Assembly: GCA_965224085.1 (NCBI GenBank)
Contig: CBDCYI010000004.1
Span: forward strand, 1,664,001-1,728,000
Length of the DNA stretch: 64,000 bases
From: Candidatus Marinacidobacterales bacterium
GTDB lineage: Bacteria > Acidobacteriota > Vicinamibacteria > Marinacidobacterales > SMYC01
Reading direction: 5' to 3'
Below the pieces are notes generated by a model. It worked only from the letters and a program-made list of their open reading frames with translations, was not told the DNA's origin and did not search any database. The position numbers and the translations under genes were made by a program. How positions within the stretch are numbered: the stretch's first letter is position 1; the number at the start of each line of letters is the position of its first letter. This document shows positions 20,022 to 30,567 of the stretch, piece by piece.

Positions 20022-20438
20022 CTACCATGGCAATCGGAGTTGTCGCGCGATGCCACGAGTTCGTGCTCGGTTTTTTCTCGGTAGTTTCGGGCGAAGCACG
20101 TCCGAGAGTTTTTCTCGAATGTAAAGAACATAAGGCGGGTCTAGATATTGACTTTGCACTTCCTGGAGCACAGGTGAAAAATAACGAAGGGAGCGAATGG
20201 GCTGCAGTGGCTCCTCATGTTCTTGTAGCTCCCTACGAGCGCAACCCAGAAGTAGGGCACACTCGAATTCGTGTAACGGGACTCCTTGGCGGTAGAGCTG
20301 CGTCGCGATGAAGCGGTCGTCGCGCCGTGGCCGCTCAGGTGTGTTCGGAATGGAAAGATAGAGGTCCAAAATCGTCCGGACGTAATTGTTTTCTGTCAGA
20401 GCATCGCTCGTGAGCGGTTCATTACCCAGCTTCGACAT
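20022..20438 (-). CDS. Hypothetical protein (IS110 cargo ORF B, IRSLRYF motif)
   Basis: 138 aa, GGAGG RBS, overlaps ORF A by 17 nt. Confidence 0.75.
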   Translation of the reverse strand: MSKLGNEPLTSDALTENNYVRTILDLYLSIPNTPERPRRDDRFIATQLYRQGVPLHEFECALLLGCARRELQEHEEPLQPIRSLRYFSPVLQEVQSQYLDPPYVLYIREKLSDVLRPKLPRKNRARTRGIARQLRLPW

Positions 20439-20835
20439 CCTTTAGCCTCCCGCGTCGGCCGCAGATACAGCATTTGGCATATCTGATACTGTCAATCTTC
20501 GTTTTCATTGAATGAGCCATCGGGCCACTAGCTTGAATTTCACGAACTCCTAGACTGCCAGAATTACTGGGGTGAATGAACCCTTGCTCCGTCACTATTT
20601 TCGCCGCCTGGCGTAGACGATAATTCTGTTGCCGAGCCGCGTGGAGTTTTCGTGAGTTGAAACCTTTCTGGTAATTTCGGTTATTTTCGCGCTGGTTCTC
20701 TCGCCGGGTTTCGTCACGGCAGGTTGGACCGCAGTAGCACTGTCCCTGGTAACATGACTTGCAGATGAAGAAAGGCATCCCACAGCTTTTGTTGCGGCAG
20801 AAAAGCCGGAGAAGAACGACAGGTTTGGTGGCCAT
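20422..20835 (-). CDS. Cys-rich putative zinc-binding protein (IS110 cargo ORF A)
   Basis: CRNKSC..ICKSC..QCYCGPTC, then an Arg/Gln-rich helix and C-terminal CCICG. ATG 20835 chosen. Confidence 0.72.
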   Translation of the reverse strand: MATKPVVLLRLFCRNKSCGMPFFICKSCYQGQCYCGPTCRDETRRENQRENNRNYQKGFNSRKLHAARQQNYRLRQAAKIVTEQGFIHPSNSGSLGVREIQASGPMAHSMKTKIDSIRYAKCCICGRRGRLKDVEAG

Positions 20836-21155
20836 TCGGAACTCAGCAAAGTGCTGGACGATGGCCGCCCGGATGTGAGAGGCTAGCTTCAACTTGTAGT
20901 GGAGCGCCTCCTCCGGGGGCCATCCAAACATCAGAGCCCCGGTCGTTTGTAGCGGCTGGGGCTCACTATTGTCGCACAGCAGGTTCACCCTCTTCTTGCC
21001 GGCGCGAGACGATCTGACTGACTCGCGCCAAAGGCGCGAGAGGATGCTGGCCTCGCGCCAGAGGCGCGGGATGAGGCCTTGTACACAGACATTTCCTACC
21101 GACTCTTCCCGCAACACACGCTTTCGCTGCACTGATGCTTCGGCAAGCGTACAGG

Positions 21156-22576
21156 GCGAGGTCTACAAAGCCAAAGACACTCGGCTCGACCGCACAGTGG
21201 CCATCAAAGTCCTCCCCGAGCACCTCGCAGAAAGCCCCGAACGCAAGGCGCGCTTCGAGCGTGAGGCCAAGGCGATTTCGCAGCTCAATCATCCTCACAT
21301 TTGCACCCTTTATGACGTAGGCGAGCAAGACGGGGTCGATTATCTCGTCATGGAGTACATCGAAGGGGAAACGCTGGCGAACGCGCTGAAGCGCGGTGCC
21401 CTGCCACTCGATAAGGCGCTCGAATACGGCATTCAAATCGCGGATGGTCTGGACACGGCGCATCGCGCGGGCATCGTCCACCGAGATCTGAAACCCGCCA
21501 ATGCGATGCTGACGAAGCCCGGTATCAAGCTCTTGGATTTCGGCCTGGCGAGGCTCATCAAAGAAGACGACGGTCCCGAGACATCCGATGCACTTACACG
21601 GCAGAGAGATCTACCAAGGAAGAATCCATCATCGGGACGCTTCAGTACATGGCTCCCGAACAGCTGGAACGGAGGCCGGCGGATGCGCGGACAGACATCT
21701 TCGCTATGGGCGTTGTGCTGTACGAGATGGTTACCGGAAACAAGGCGTTTGCGGGCGAAAGCCAGGCGAGCTTGATCGGCGCTATCTTAAAAGACGATCC
21801 GCCGTCCCTGTCTGCGTTCTCCCCGATGTCGCCTCCGGCGCTGGACCATGTCGTCAAGACGTGCCTCGCCAAAGATCCCGACGAGCGATGCCAGTCAGCG
21901 GGCGAGGTGGAACGCAACTTGAAGTGGATCCGCGACGCCGGAGCCGATGCCAAAGTGTCTGCTCCAACGGGTGTTACTCGACGCGGGTTCTGGTCGCTTT
22001 GTCGACGTACTCCTGGGCGCCGCGCTCGCGACGGCTGTCACGGCCCTTGTCGTCATTGCGCTCATTCGGCCCGACGCACCGCACGTATCTCGCTTAGCTA
22101 TATCCGCTCCGCTCGGGCAACCCATTTCTATGTCGAATTGGAACGTGGACTTGGCGATCTCACCGGACGGCAGCCGGATCGTCTACGTTGGCCAAATCGA
22201 GACAGGAGAACGACAGCTCTTCATTCGTCGTTTGGATCAATACGAACCTGAAGCTCTAGACGGAACGGGTCCTGACCCTCGGAATCCGTTTTTCTCGCCC
22301 GACGGATCGTGGGTGGGGTATGTTGAGGACGTCCAGCCTCGGCGCCTGATGAGGGTCTCCACCCTGGGCGGTCCGCCACTTGTCATCGGTGCGGGCGTCT
22401 TCGTGTGGGGTGCCAGCTGGGGCGCGGACGACAAAACATCATCTTCGCCGAGCGAGGGCGCCTCCTTCGCGTCTCGGCCAGCGGTGGCGAGCCGGAGATT
22501 CTGGCGGCCGCGGATGGGCTCTTCTACTCCTGGCCGGACGTGTTGCCCGGACACTCAACGACAAAAACGACGCTAG
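21156..22576 (+). pseudogene. Ser/Thr kinase + TM + TolB-like propeller, remainder (frameshifted, truncated)
   Basis: VAIKVL, HRDLKPAN, DFGLA, YMAPEQ, ISPDG; frameshifts near 21613, ~21995 and ~22435. Confidence 0.88.
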
Positions 22577-22772
22577 TGGCGTGTGTCCGGTCCCTCTAAA
22601 CGCTTGATACGTGACGACAACGTCGAGAAGTGCCTTAGTGTCGAGCCCATCCGAGGACTTAAAATCCTCGGCATGAATCACAACAAGGCGACCGGGAAGC
22701 ACTTCGAGTCTTTTCTCCTCATTACTTGCTGCTCCACTTCGTGGTCCGCGACCTTCTCTGCTAGAATACTGC

Positions 22773-24638
22773 GTGCTCGAGTCGCTCACGAAACTCACGC
22801 CGCTCGTCTGTTTGGCAGTTGCACTCACCGGTTGCCGCGGAGAGTCCAACGAGGCGCCCTACGACTTTATAGGTCGCGTCGACGAAGCCCACTTAGCACT
22901 CGAGGACGTCACGACGAGCGGGATGGAACGGCTACTCACGCACGCCTTCACATTTCGTAGCGAGACGAGACGCGCGCTCGCGGCTCCCTTCGCGGCTCAC
23001 ATCTCGTTCGAGGTCCGCGTCCCGCGCAATGCCGCGCTCCGCTTTGCCTACGGCGCGTCGACGCTCGATCGGCCCAACCTGCTCACGGCGACCGCCTTTC
23101 AAGTGCTCGTGGACGACGGCGATGGCGACGAGCGCGTGTTCTCGGAAACGTTGCGCCGTCCTGAAGCGAATCGTTGGTTCCCGCGGGACGTCGACTTGTT
23201 GCGCTTCGCCGACAAGACCGTTCGTCTCACCTTCGCCACTGGGCGCGTGGAGGGCAAGCGTCCTCGTGCGGAGCAGCAGATGCTCCCGGTTTGGGGCAAT
23301 CCGGTCCTGTTAGACCGCTCGGCGGTGTCGGAAAAGCCGGACATCGTTTTGGTATCAATCGATTGCTTGCGGGCCGACCACGTAGGTGCGTACGGATATT
23401 CGAGGGAGACGACCCCGAACCTCGACGCGTTCGCGGGGGAGGCGACGCTCTTCGAGACGGCCATCGCGGCCTCCTCCTATACGCTGCCCACACACGCCGC
23501 TATGCTGACGGGGCTTCCCCCATCGCTCCACGGCGCCATCCTCGGACGGGCCATAGCACCGTCGGTCCCTTACACGCCCGAGTCTTTGTCGCGTGCCGGG
23601 TACCGAACCACGGGCCTGGTGACGGCGCCTTTTCTGGCTCGCCACTACGGCTTTCATCGCGGATTTCACACGTATCGCGCGACGGGAGGCCGGGCGGCGT
23701 CGATCGTTGACCGGACGCTCGAGCTTTTCGAGGAAGGCCGGGGCCAGCCGCAGTTTTTCTTCCTACACCTGTTCAATCTTCACCGGCCGTACTCGCCGCC
23801 AGCAGCCTATCGCACACGCTTCGGTGAGCGTCCAGACAATATCACCGAGATTAACGATCGCATCAAGATGCGCCGCCCGCCAACGAGCCGCATACAGGTG
23901 GAGCAAGCGATGGCGCTCTACGATGGGGAGCTCGCCTATGTGGACGATGAGCTGGTGCGTTTGTTCGACGCACTGCGAAACGCCGGTATCTGGGAGAACG
24001 CGCTCGTGATCGTCACCGCCGATCACGGAGAAGCCTTCTACGAACATGAAGATTGGGACCACGCGCGGCCGTGGATTCACGACACGCCTGGGCTCTACGA
24101 AGAGATCGTGCACGTGCCGCTCATCGTCAAGTGGCCGGGACAGCGGAGCGGACGGAGGGTTCGATCGCTGGTCAGCCAGATGGACGTTTCGCCGACGATC
24201 TTGGAAGCGGCGGGGATCGAGACGGAGACGCTTTGGGCCGCAGGTTTGCGCCGCTTTTTCGACGACGAGGCTGGACGCGACGAGCCGTCCCGCAACACGA
24301 TTTCCGAGTTCGTTTCGGAGCGTCCCGACCGCGACGCTGGTCTGCAGATCGCCTTGCGCAGCCAGGACGCCAAATACATCGCTACCTTCCGCGCGGATAC
24401 GTTGGCCGAGCTCCGCGGAGCCGCTCCCGTGCGCCACGAGCTCTACGACCTTCGCGACGACCCGGGAGAGCTACGCAATCTACTCGAGGGCGACGATGTC
24501 GTCCCGAGCGCGTTCAGCGCGGCGCTCAGAGGCTACTTGCGAGCGACGCAGGAGCTCGCTCCGGCCTCCGAAGGCGACGCGATTCTTGACGAAAAGGCAT
24601 TGGAGGAGCTGCGCTCTCTCGGCTATATCGAGCAGTAG
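22773..24638 (+). CDS. Sulfatase-like (alkaline phosphatase superfamily) probable lipoprotein
   Basis: LTGC lipobox, IDCLRADH, TPNLD, SYTLPTH, ADHGE, ELYDLRDDPGE. Confidence 0.85.
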   Translation: MLESLTKLTPLVCLAVALTGCRGESNEAPYDFIGRVDEAHLALEDVTTSGMERLLTHAFTFRSETRRALAAPFAAHISFEVRVPRNAALRFAYGASTLDRPNLLTATAFQVLVDDGDGDERVFSETLRRPEANRWFPRDVDLLRFADKTVRLTFATGRVEGKRPRAEQQMLPVWGNPVLLDRSAVSEKPDIVLVSIDCLRADHVGAYGYSRETTPNLDAFAGEATLFETAIAASSYTLPTHAAMLTGLPPSLHGAILGRAIAPSVPYTPESLSRAGYRTTGLVTAPFLARHYGFHRGFHTYRATGGRAASIVDRTLELFEEGRGQPQFFFLHLFNLHRPYSPPAAYRTRFGERPDNITEINDRIKMRRPPTSRIQVEQAMALYDGELAYVDDELVRLFDALRNAGIWENALVIVTADHGEAFYEHEDWDHARPWIHDTPGLYEEIVHVPLIVKWPGQRSGRRVRSLVSQMDVSPTILEAAGIETETLWAAGLRRFFDDEAGRDEPSRNTISEFVSERPDRDAGLQIALRSQDAKYIATFRADTLAELRGAAPVRHELYDLRDDPGELRNLLEGDDVVPSAFSAALRGYLRATQELAPASEGDAILDEKALEELRSLGYIEQ

Positions 24639-24702
24639 GCGAGACCCGGGTGAGTGCTCTTGGCGTCGCTTCAGCAGAGTCGTCGTCGAACCAGGTAAAG
24701 CC

Positions 24703-27445
24703 TCAAGGATCGAAGAGGACGGTGAAGTCCGCGGTTTTGCCGTTGTCCACGGCGATGAACCCGATCGGGTCGTCGAGCGCTTCCGTACAGGCCAGAGGAA
24801 AAGGGGGCTCCGTTCGTAACCCCGGCATGCAATGGTATTTCAGCACCGTCCGTTCAAGGACGGCACCTTCGACGGTGATCTTATCAGGCTCCGCCTGGAC
24901 TCGGATCGCCGGCTGGTCGAGACCAAACGAACGGACGCCATCCACTTCGAAGAGTACGTATTTTCCCACAATATTCAACCGACGGACAAAGGGCCGGCCA
25001 TCCAGGTTTCGGCGGGACACATCCGACCAGGCAAGGATCCATCCGACGTTGTAGAGATCCAGGTACCCCTTCAGCTCACCGTCACCGAAATGGTCGATTT
25101 CGCGCGCAAAAGCCCGGCCCGACGTGAAATCGACGAAGTGGTGCGCCAAGCGAGAACATTCCATGGGCCCTCCGATGAACTCCCTTTCGACCAGATGCGG
25201 AAAGAGCGCGGGGAGGTGCGTATAACCGTAGGCATGTTGGTTCTTTCCGAGGTGGTCTGCGTCTTCGATCATGATGCGCGCTTGCGGGGTGGTGACGGTC
25301 CGGAGCAACTGGACGAGTAAGGTCACTTCCGTCGGAAGCGAGTCGTTACCAGTCCTCATCCCAGACGATGAAGGCGCCCCGTCCTTCGGGCCCAACGACC
25401 TGAGCCCAATTCCGCAGAGATGGATAGGCCACTACGAGCAGGACTCCGACAGCGACCGCCAGGCGATCTTTCCTACCCGAGAGCCACCGGTAGGTCGCGT
25501 CCGCGGCGGCGGGAAGCAGGAAAAATGCGACCCCATCGAGGAATCTCCCGGGCTCGATGGTCTCGACAATCGGTAATGAGGAGCCCGCCGTCCCCAAAAA
25601 CAAGAGGCCGGCCGCCCCCGTCGCCGAGCAAGCCGCCGCCATCGATCCTCGTTCTCGCGCGAAGGATGGGAGCCCCGCCAGTCCGACGAGGCAGACGACG
25701 TTTTGGAGAGCATAGGTCCAGGAGAGCGCGCGGGCGACGAGAGTGGCCGGACCTCCCGGAAAATGTCCGAGCATGGGCACTTGGGCGATGGAATCGCGAA
25801 ACTCGAGAAACGGTACTATCCAGTGAAGATTCACGAGGAATCCCAGCACGACAGAGATAGAGGCGTAGAGCACCCATGAGCGGTCGGCTCTTTTGACCAT
25901 CGGGATAGCCGCGCCGACGACGGCGGGGGCCACCACTAACGGAAAAAGGATATGTACAGATGTACCAAAGCCCAAACCCAATCCTGCCAGAGCGGCGCGC
26001 GCCCAACCAGGTTTCTGGAACAGCCAGAAAAAAGCTGCGGCAACGAGAGGGGCGAGCACCAAAATGACGGCGTGGCTGTACATACCCCAGCGAATGTAAG
26101 CGCTTCGTCCGTGGAGGAAACCGTAGAACAAAAGCGTGGCCAGGACGGCCGCAACCAGTGAGCTCTGATGCGCGAGTCCCAACGCTCGTGTCGAGCCGTA
26201 AGACAACAGGGGCGGGACCAAGAAGAGGCCAGCTAGAAATAGAGCAAAGGCTTGCGCTGCCGGCAACCAACGGAGGAGTGCCACGGCGCTCTCGGCAGCG
26301 CGGTTGCTCGTGCTGTCCAGGGTGCCGGCAGGAAAGCCCGCCATGAGCTCCGGGCTGTAACCCCAAAGCCGGCCGCTCTCGACGAAGAACTCCCGCACGC
26401 GAATCACACTCGAGAGGTGGTACGAGTAATCATCCTGAACGAGTCGATCGCCACGCAGAAGCGGGCCCGGGCCGATCAACCTCACGACCATGAATACGTG
26501 CGCCGTCGCGAGCGACGTATATAGAAGGAGTAGGGCCCCCGTGCGGAGGACGTTCGGTGCCAAGTGGGCTCCGTCCGGCAGGGGCTGACCGTCGGGTCCC
26601 CGGTCGACGACGAATCGGCCGCGTGCTTTCCCACCCGACCACAGCACGAGACAAAGCACACCCAACCACCAGGCCGCTCCCTGCAAAACCCAAAGAGCGC
26701 TCGAAAGCTCTCTCCGGCCGCGGGTGTCGTCCAGCAAAAGCCCGACCTCATGGCTGACATAGGCGTCCAGGGGAACAAGCTCCAGAAACCCCGGACGATC
26801 CCATGATAGCTTCAAAAACGCCGGCGCCCCGCCCCGCTCGTAGCGAAGCCAGAAACGCTGGACTCCAGACTCGAGCTCGACCGCCGCCGAGGACGAGCCC
26901 GCCCCGTCGAGAAGCGTTTCGTTTCCCACTCTCAACGTACACCGCGAAACGCAGTGCCCTTCGAATCGGTGGAGCCCGGATTCCGGCACCCGCAGATAGC
27001 CCGCAACCTCCATCGCCACCACTCGCCGCCGGCCGGCCAGCGTCCTCAGCTGCCTCCGGTCACGGATCGTAAGCGACGCGGTCACGACCTCGCGCTCCTC
27101 TACCATCCCTGTTTCAGGAGCGTGGTAGACCGTCACCGCCTTCGCCGGAGCTTCGCTTTCCCCTTCTTTGAGCCAAGTCCACAAAAACGCCGACATCACC
27201 ATCAGAGCCAGCGTGAGTCCGAACAGACCGTCACGACGGAGCTCGAAATCGGAGGTCGGGCTGACGAAAAAAGCGCCCGCGCCGGCAACGACGAACCACC
27301 ACAAGCTGACGTCGGGAACCACCGGGCCGACTCGAACCTCCTGCTCACCCAAGGAGCGAGCAACCGCCAGCACGGTGAAAACGCCGAACAGAAACAGCCT
27401 GGGCCAGAGCCGATGGATCCCGAGCACGACGCTCTTGCGTGTCAT
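24703..27445 (-). CDS. Multi-TM GT-C/YfhO-like membrane protein with PA14-like domain, frameshift near 25350-25395
   Basis: DDYSYH..WGYSPELMAGFP, many TM helices; C-terminus (RIMIED, YNVGWI) continues in another frame. Confidence 0.55.
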
Positions 27446-27499
27446 GGGCTCACCACGCCCGATAGAGGCGGCTCCCGGACGAGTGGCGCGTAAAGGCGC

Positions 27500-29104
27500 T
27501 CAAAATGCCACGTCCGCGACTCGCGCCGCGTTCGCCATCAATGTGAAGGTCAGATTCTTAGCAGGGAGGCTGGGAAATGTCGTGCCGTCGACGAAGTAGA
27601 GGTTTTCGAGATCGCGGCTCCTGCAGGTCTCATCCGTCGTCGGTCCCGCTCCGTTCTCGGTCATGGGTATGGTTCCGGCGTAGTGGACACTCGCTCCCAT
27701 TGGACGGACGTGGGTCGCGTTCGACGGCGCGATGCAACCGAGCTTCCTGAGGATTCGGCGATATCTTTTCGTCTCCCGTTGTATCCTTTCGCGCTCGGTG
27801 GCGTCCGGTCGATACTGGATCGCGAGGCGCGTCTCCCCGTTCTGTCCATCGACTTCGAGGGACAACTGATTGTCGTCGCGTCGATGATCGGAGAAGTTGA
27901 TGTTCAGCATCGCCAGAGCGGCGTGAATGTTCCGAAACATAGAGAGCGCCGTCGCCATCGATGTCGGAAAGCTGGCGACGATGGGATGGATCAGCGCCGT
28001 CGTCAGTGTGGTCACGAGACCGTACGACCGGTCCTGCGGGTCATCCGCATCGAGAGCGATGACGAGCTGCTGGTACTGGTAGTTCTCGGGATCGAACTGC
28101 GTGCCTATGAGATTGAGGTTGACGAAGGGCATGAGTATCTGGCGATTGTCCAGAAGACCGTGTAGCGTCATCCGTTCTCCGGTAGCGCGATATATCGAGT
28201 CCATGAATATTTTGGACGACGAGAGCGTTCCTGCAGCGAGCACTAGCGTTCCCACATCAAACTCGTGCTGCCGGTCATCCGAGACCGACCTAGCCACCAC
28301 CTTGCGGATCCTATTTCCAGGCTCCGAAAGGAAGTGGCTGACACGGACCCCGCTAACATAAGTGAAATTTTCATGAGCGAGGCACTCGCTCAGCGTCAAG
28401 GTGGGCACGTAGATCGAGTCCGTGGGACAACCCCAGCGGCAACGGCCGAGATAGCTGCAAGCCTTGCGTCCGTTCAGATCGCGGCTCAGCGTCGCGATAC
28501 GTGCCCGTCCCATGTAACAGCGGTGCTTCCTGTTGAGCTTGTTCTTGTGCCTGCGGTAGCTCTCCATGAGAACCTGGGAATGCTCGTCGAGAGCCAATGG
28601 CTCCAGAAGACCGTCGTGAAGCGGGTAGAACCGCGTCATATCGTCGTCCGTACCCGAGATTCCGATTCGCTTCGCCACTTTCTCGTAAAACGGTGCGAGG
28701 TCCGAGTGGCCGATGGGAAACTCCCGAAGGTCCCCGTCCGTGAGCGGATAGCAGCCCGCACACCAGATCTCCGCGAGTCCCCCGGCCGCGAAAGAAAGGA
28801 GGGGGCTGAAGCCGGACGTTCGAAGCTGAAAGTCGTCGAGCCCCGAGATGACGTGATTTTGACTCGGTGCGAAGGCGTAATATTCGGAGTCGTTTCCGGG
28901 AAGGGTCAGGGCTTCGAAGTTCTCGCCGAGAAAGAACTGCACCGGATCGCTGACGCCGGTCTTCAGCTCGTTGAACGTGGCAGTGGCCGGCTGTGAGCGC
29001 GTTCTACCGACGTCGAGCATGAGCACCTCGTGGCCTTTCTCGAGAGCAGACAGCGCGAAGTGGACGCCGCTGGCTCCGGACCCCACCACCACGACCGGAT
29101 CCAC
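27500..29104 (-). CDS. GMC family FAD oxidoreductase
   Basis: VVGSGASG, GGLAEIW, CRWGCP, LAAGTLSS, HYAGT, NLTFTLMANA. Confidence 0.85.
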   Translation of the reverse strand: MDPVVVVGSGASGVHFALSALEKGHEVLMLDVGRTRSQPATATFNELKTGVSDPVQFFLGENFEALTLPGNDSEYYAFAPSQNHVISGLDDFQLRTSGFSPLLSFAAGGLAEIWCAGCYPLTDGDLREFPIGHSDLAPFYEKVAKRIGISGTDDDMTRFYPLHDGLLEPLALDEHSQVLMESYRRHKNKLNRKHRCYMGRARIATLSRDLNGRKACSYLGRCRWGCPTDSIYVPTLTLSECLAHENFTYVSGVRVSHFLSEPGNRIRKVVARSVSDDRQHEFDVGTLVLAAGTLSSSKIFMDSIYRATGERMTLHGLLDNRQILMPFVNLNLIGTQFDPENYQYQQLVIALDADDPQDRSYGLVTTLTTALIHPIVASFPTSMATALSMFRNIHAALAMLNINFSDHRRDDNQLSLEVDGQNGETRLAIQYRPDATERERIQRETKRYRRILRKLGCIAPSNATHVRPMGASVHYAGTIPMTENGAGPTTDETCRSRDLENLYFVDGTTFPSLPAKNLTFTLMANAARVADVAF

Positions 29105-29106
29105 GG

Positions 29107-30510
29107 TCAGGACTCTCCGCCACGACGAGGGCCGACCCATCGCTGGATCAAGTGCAGCGCTCCGAGGGGGGGTGTGGCAAGGACCAAACGCAACCCGTAG
29201 CCCGCAGCTCTGGCGATCATCCTGGCGCAGATCCACGGGCGAGAGCCGTCGTCCGTAGAGTCTAGCTTCGGAAAGCTAGAGGGTGTGCATTCGAGAATTG
29301 CCAGCAGGAGAACGAGCTTCTTGCGGACGACCGAGTGCTTGCGGAACACGCTGATGTAAGCGTCGACGAGTCCCGTGGTCAGAGGCGATATTCTCGAGAA
29401 CCGAAGTAGAAGAGAGTCGAAGCGATCTTCCGCGAGAATGGCCCTGGCATCGTTACGCGAATGATACAGAGCGTACTTTTCCACGACGTAGTCGTTCGGA
29501 GTCTCACCTATCAAGTAGCGACAATAGAGACGGCACTCGTGACGGTAATTGAGATGGCACTCGGTTTCTAGCTCCGCCACGTCGGTTTCGGGTTTCGCGC
29601 GCGAGAGCGGCGTAGCGAGCCCAGCGTCGACATCTTTCATTAGAGCTCTGCGGCCTTCGACGAAAGCGTTTGCCGCGATGGTGCTGTCGTTGGCGAACAA
29701 CGCGAGCTGACCGGCAGTGAGGGGAAGGACCGGGAGGAACAGGGGCTCGAGCAGACCCAGCGAGGTCAGGATGGGACGCAGGGGAAGGTGCACGGTCCGC
29801 GGTGATTTGTCGAAACGCACACGCCGGATCCGGACCATCAACTCCTCGATGCTCATGATTTGCGGTCCGCCGAGCTCGATAGTCTCTCCGCGAAAACGGC
29901 CCTCCTCGATGACGGACAAAATGGAGTCGGCGAGATCGTCGATGAAGATCGGCTGCACCTCCACCCGCCCGTCCCCAAACACGGGCATCACTCCCGCCTT
30001 GGCCATCCGGGCGAGTCCCTCGGCCGCCGGCGCTCCGGGACCGGTCACGAGGGTCGGCCTCAGGATAGTATAAGAGAGTCCGGCATCGGCCACGATTTCC
30101 TCGGCCTGCTTCTTCGAATGGGCGTAGAAGTAGCGGCGTTTTTTGGCATACTTGACCGCAATCGTGCTGACGAAGAGGAAGTTTTTTACCGTTTGTGACT
30201 TCGCCGCCTCGACGAGTGCCCGGGTGCCTTCGCTGTTCACTCGGAAGTACTCCGCGGGCCGCGCTTTGCCGGTCACCGCCGCGAGATGCACCACCGTATC
30301 GCAGCACTGCAGCATGTCGCGATAGCTTGCCGGGGTTTTTAAGTCACCCACGACGATGTCGACCTCTTTCATAGCGCTTCCGTTCGAGGCAAACGCGTCG
30401 GGATCGCGTATCAGGCAAACGATCCTCGAATATCTCGTGCGATCGAGCCGCTGAAGCAGATGAGTCCCCACATATCCGCTTCCTCCGGTGATGAACACCG
30501 CCCTCTTCAC
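29107..30510 (-). CDS. NAD-dependent epimerase/dehydratase with C-terminal extension
   Basis: ITGGSGYVG, HLAA, YAHSK. Start GTG 30510; the longer ORF runs into the IS6. Confidence 0.85.
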   Translation of the reverse strand: MKRAVFITGGSGYVGTHLLQRLDRTRYSRIVCLIRDPDAFASNGSAMKEVDIVVGDLKTPASYRDMLQCCDTVVHLAAVTGKARPAEYFRVNSEGTRALVEAAKSQTVKNFLFVSTIAVKYAKKRRYFYAHSKKQAEEIVADAGLSYTILRPTLVTGPGAPAAEGLARMAKAGVMPVFGDGRVEVQPIFIDDLADSILSVIEEGRFRGETIELGGPQIMSIEELMVRIRRVRFDKSPRTVHLPLRPILTSLGLLEPLFLPVLPLTAGQLALFANDSTIAANAFVEGRRALMKDVDAGLATPLSRAKPETDVAELETECHLNYRHECRLYCRYLIGETPNDYVVEKYALYHSRNDARAILAEDRFDSLLLRFSRISPLTTGLVDAYISVFRKHSVVRKKLVLLLAILECTPSSFPKLDSTDDGSRPWICARMIARAAGYGLRLVLATPPLGALHLIQRWVGPRRGGES

Positions 30511-30567
30511 GCCGAACCCACTTGGTTCGGAAAGGTTCTGAAACCCATAGGAGCCCTTCTTCCGCGG

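Larger units (their letters stand above)
18517..21153 (-). mobile_element. IS110-family (bridge recombinase) element with two accessory ORFs
   Basis: Flanked by duplicated GG core (18515-16, 21154-55). Removing it restores GGA ATG GGC GAG in the kinase. The same right end recurs at 40400. Confidence 0.92.

Noticed and set aside
20969-21155. Apparent N-terminus of a 268-aa kinase ORF
   Set aside because: Read-through of IS110 left-end DNA; the true start is 18447.
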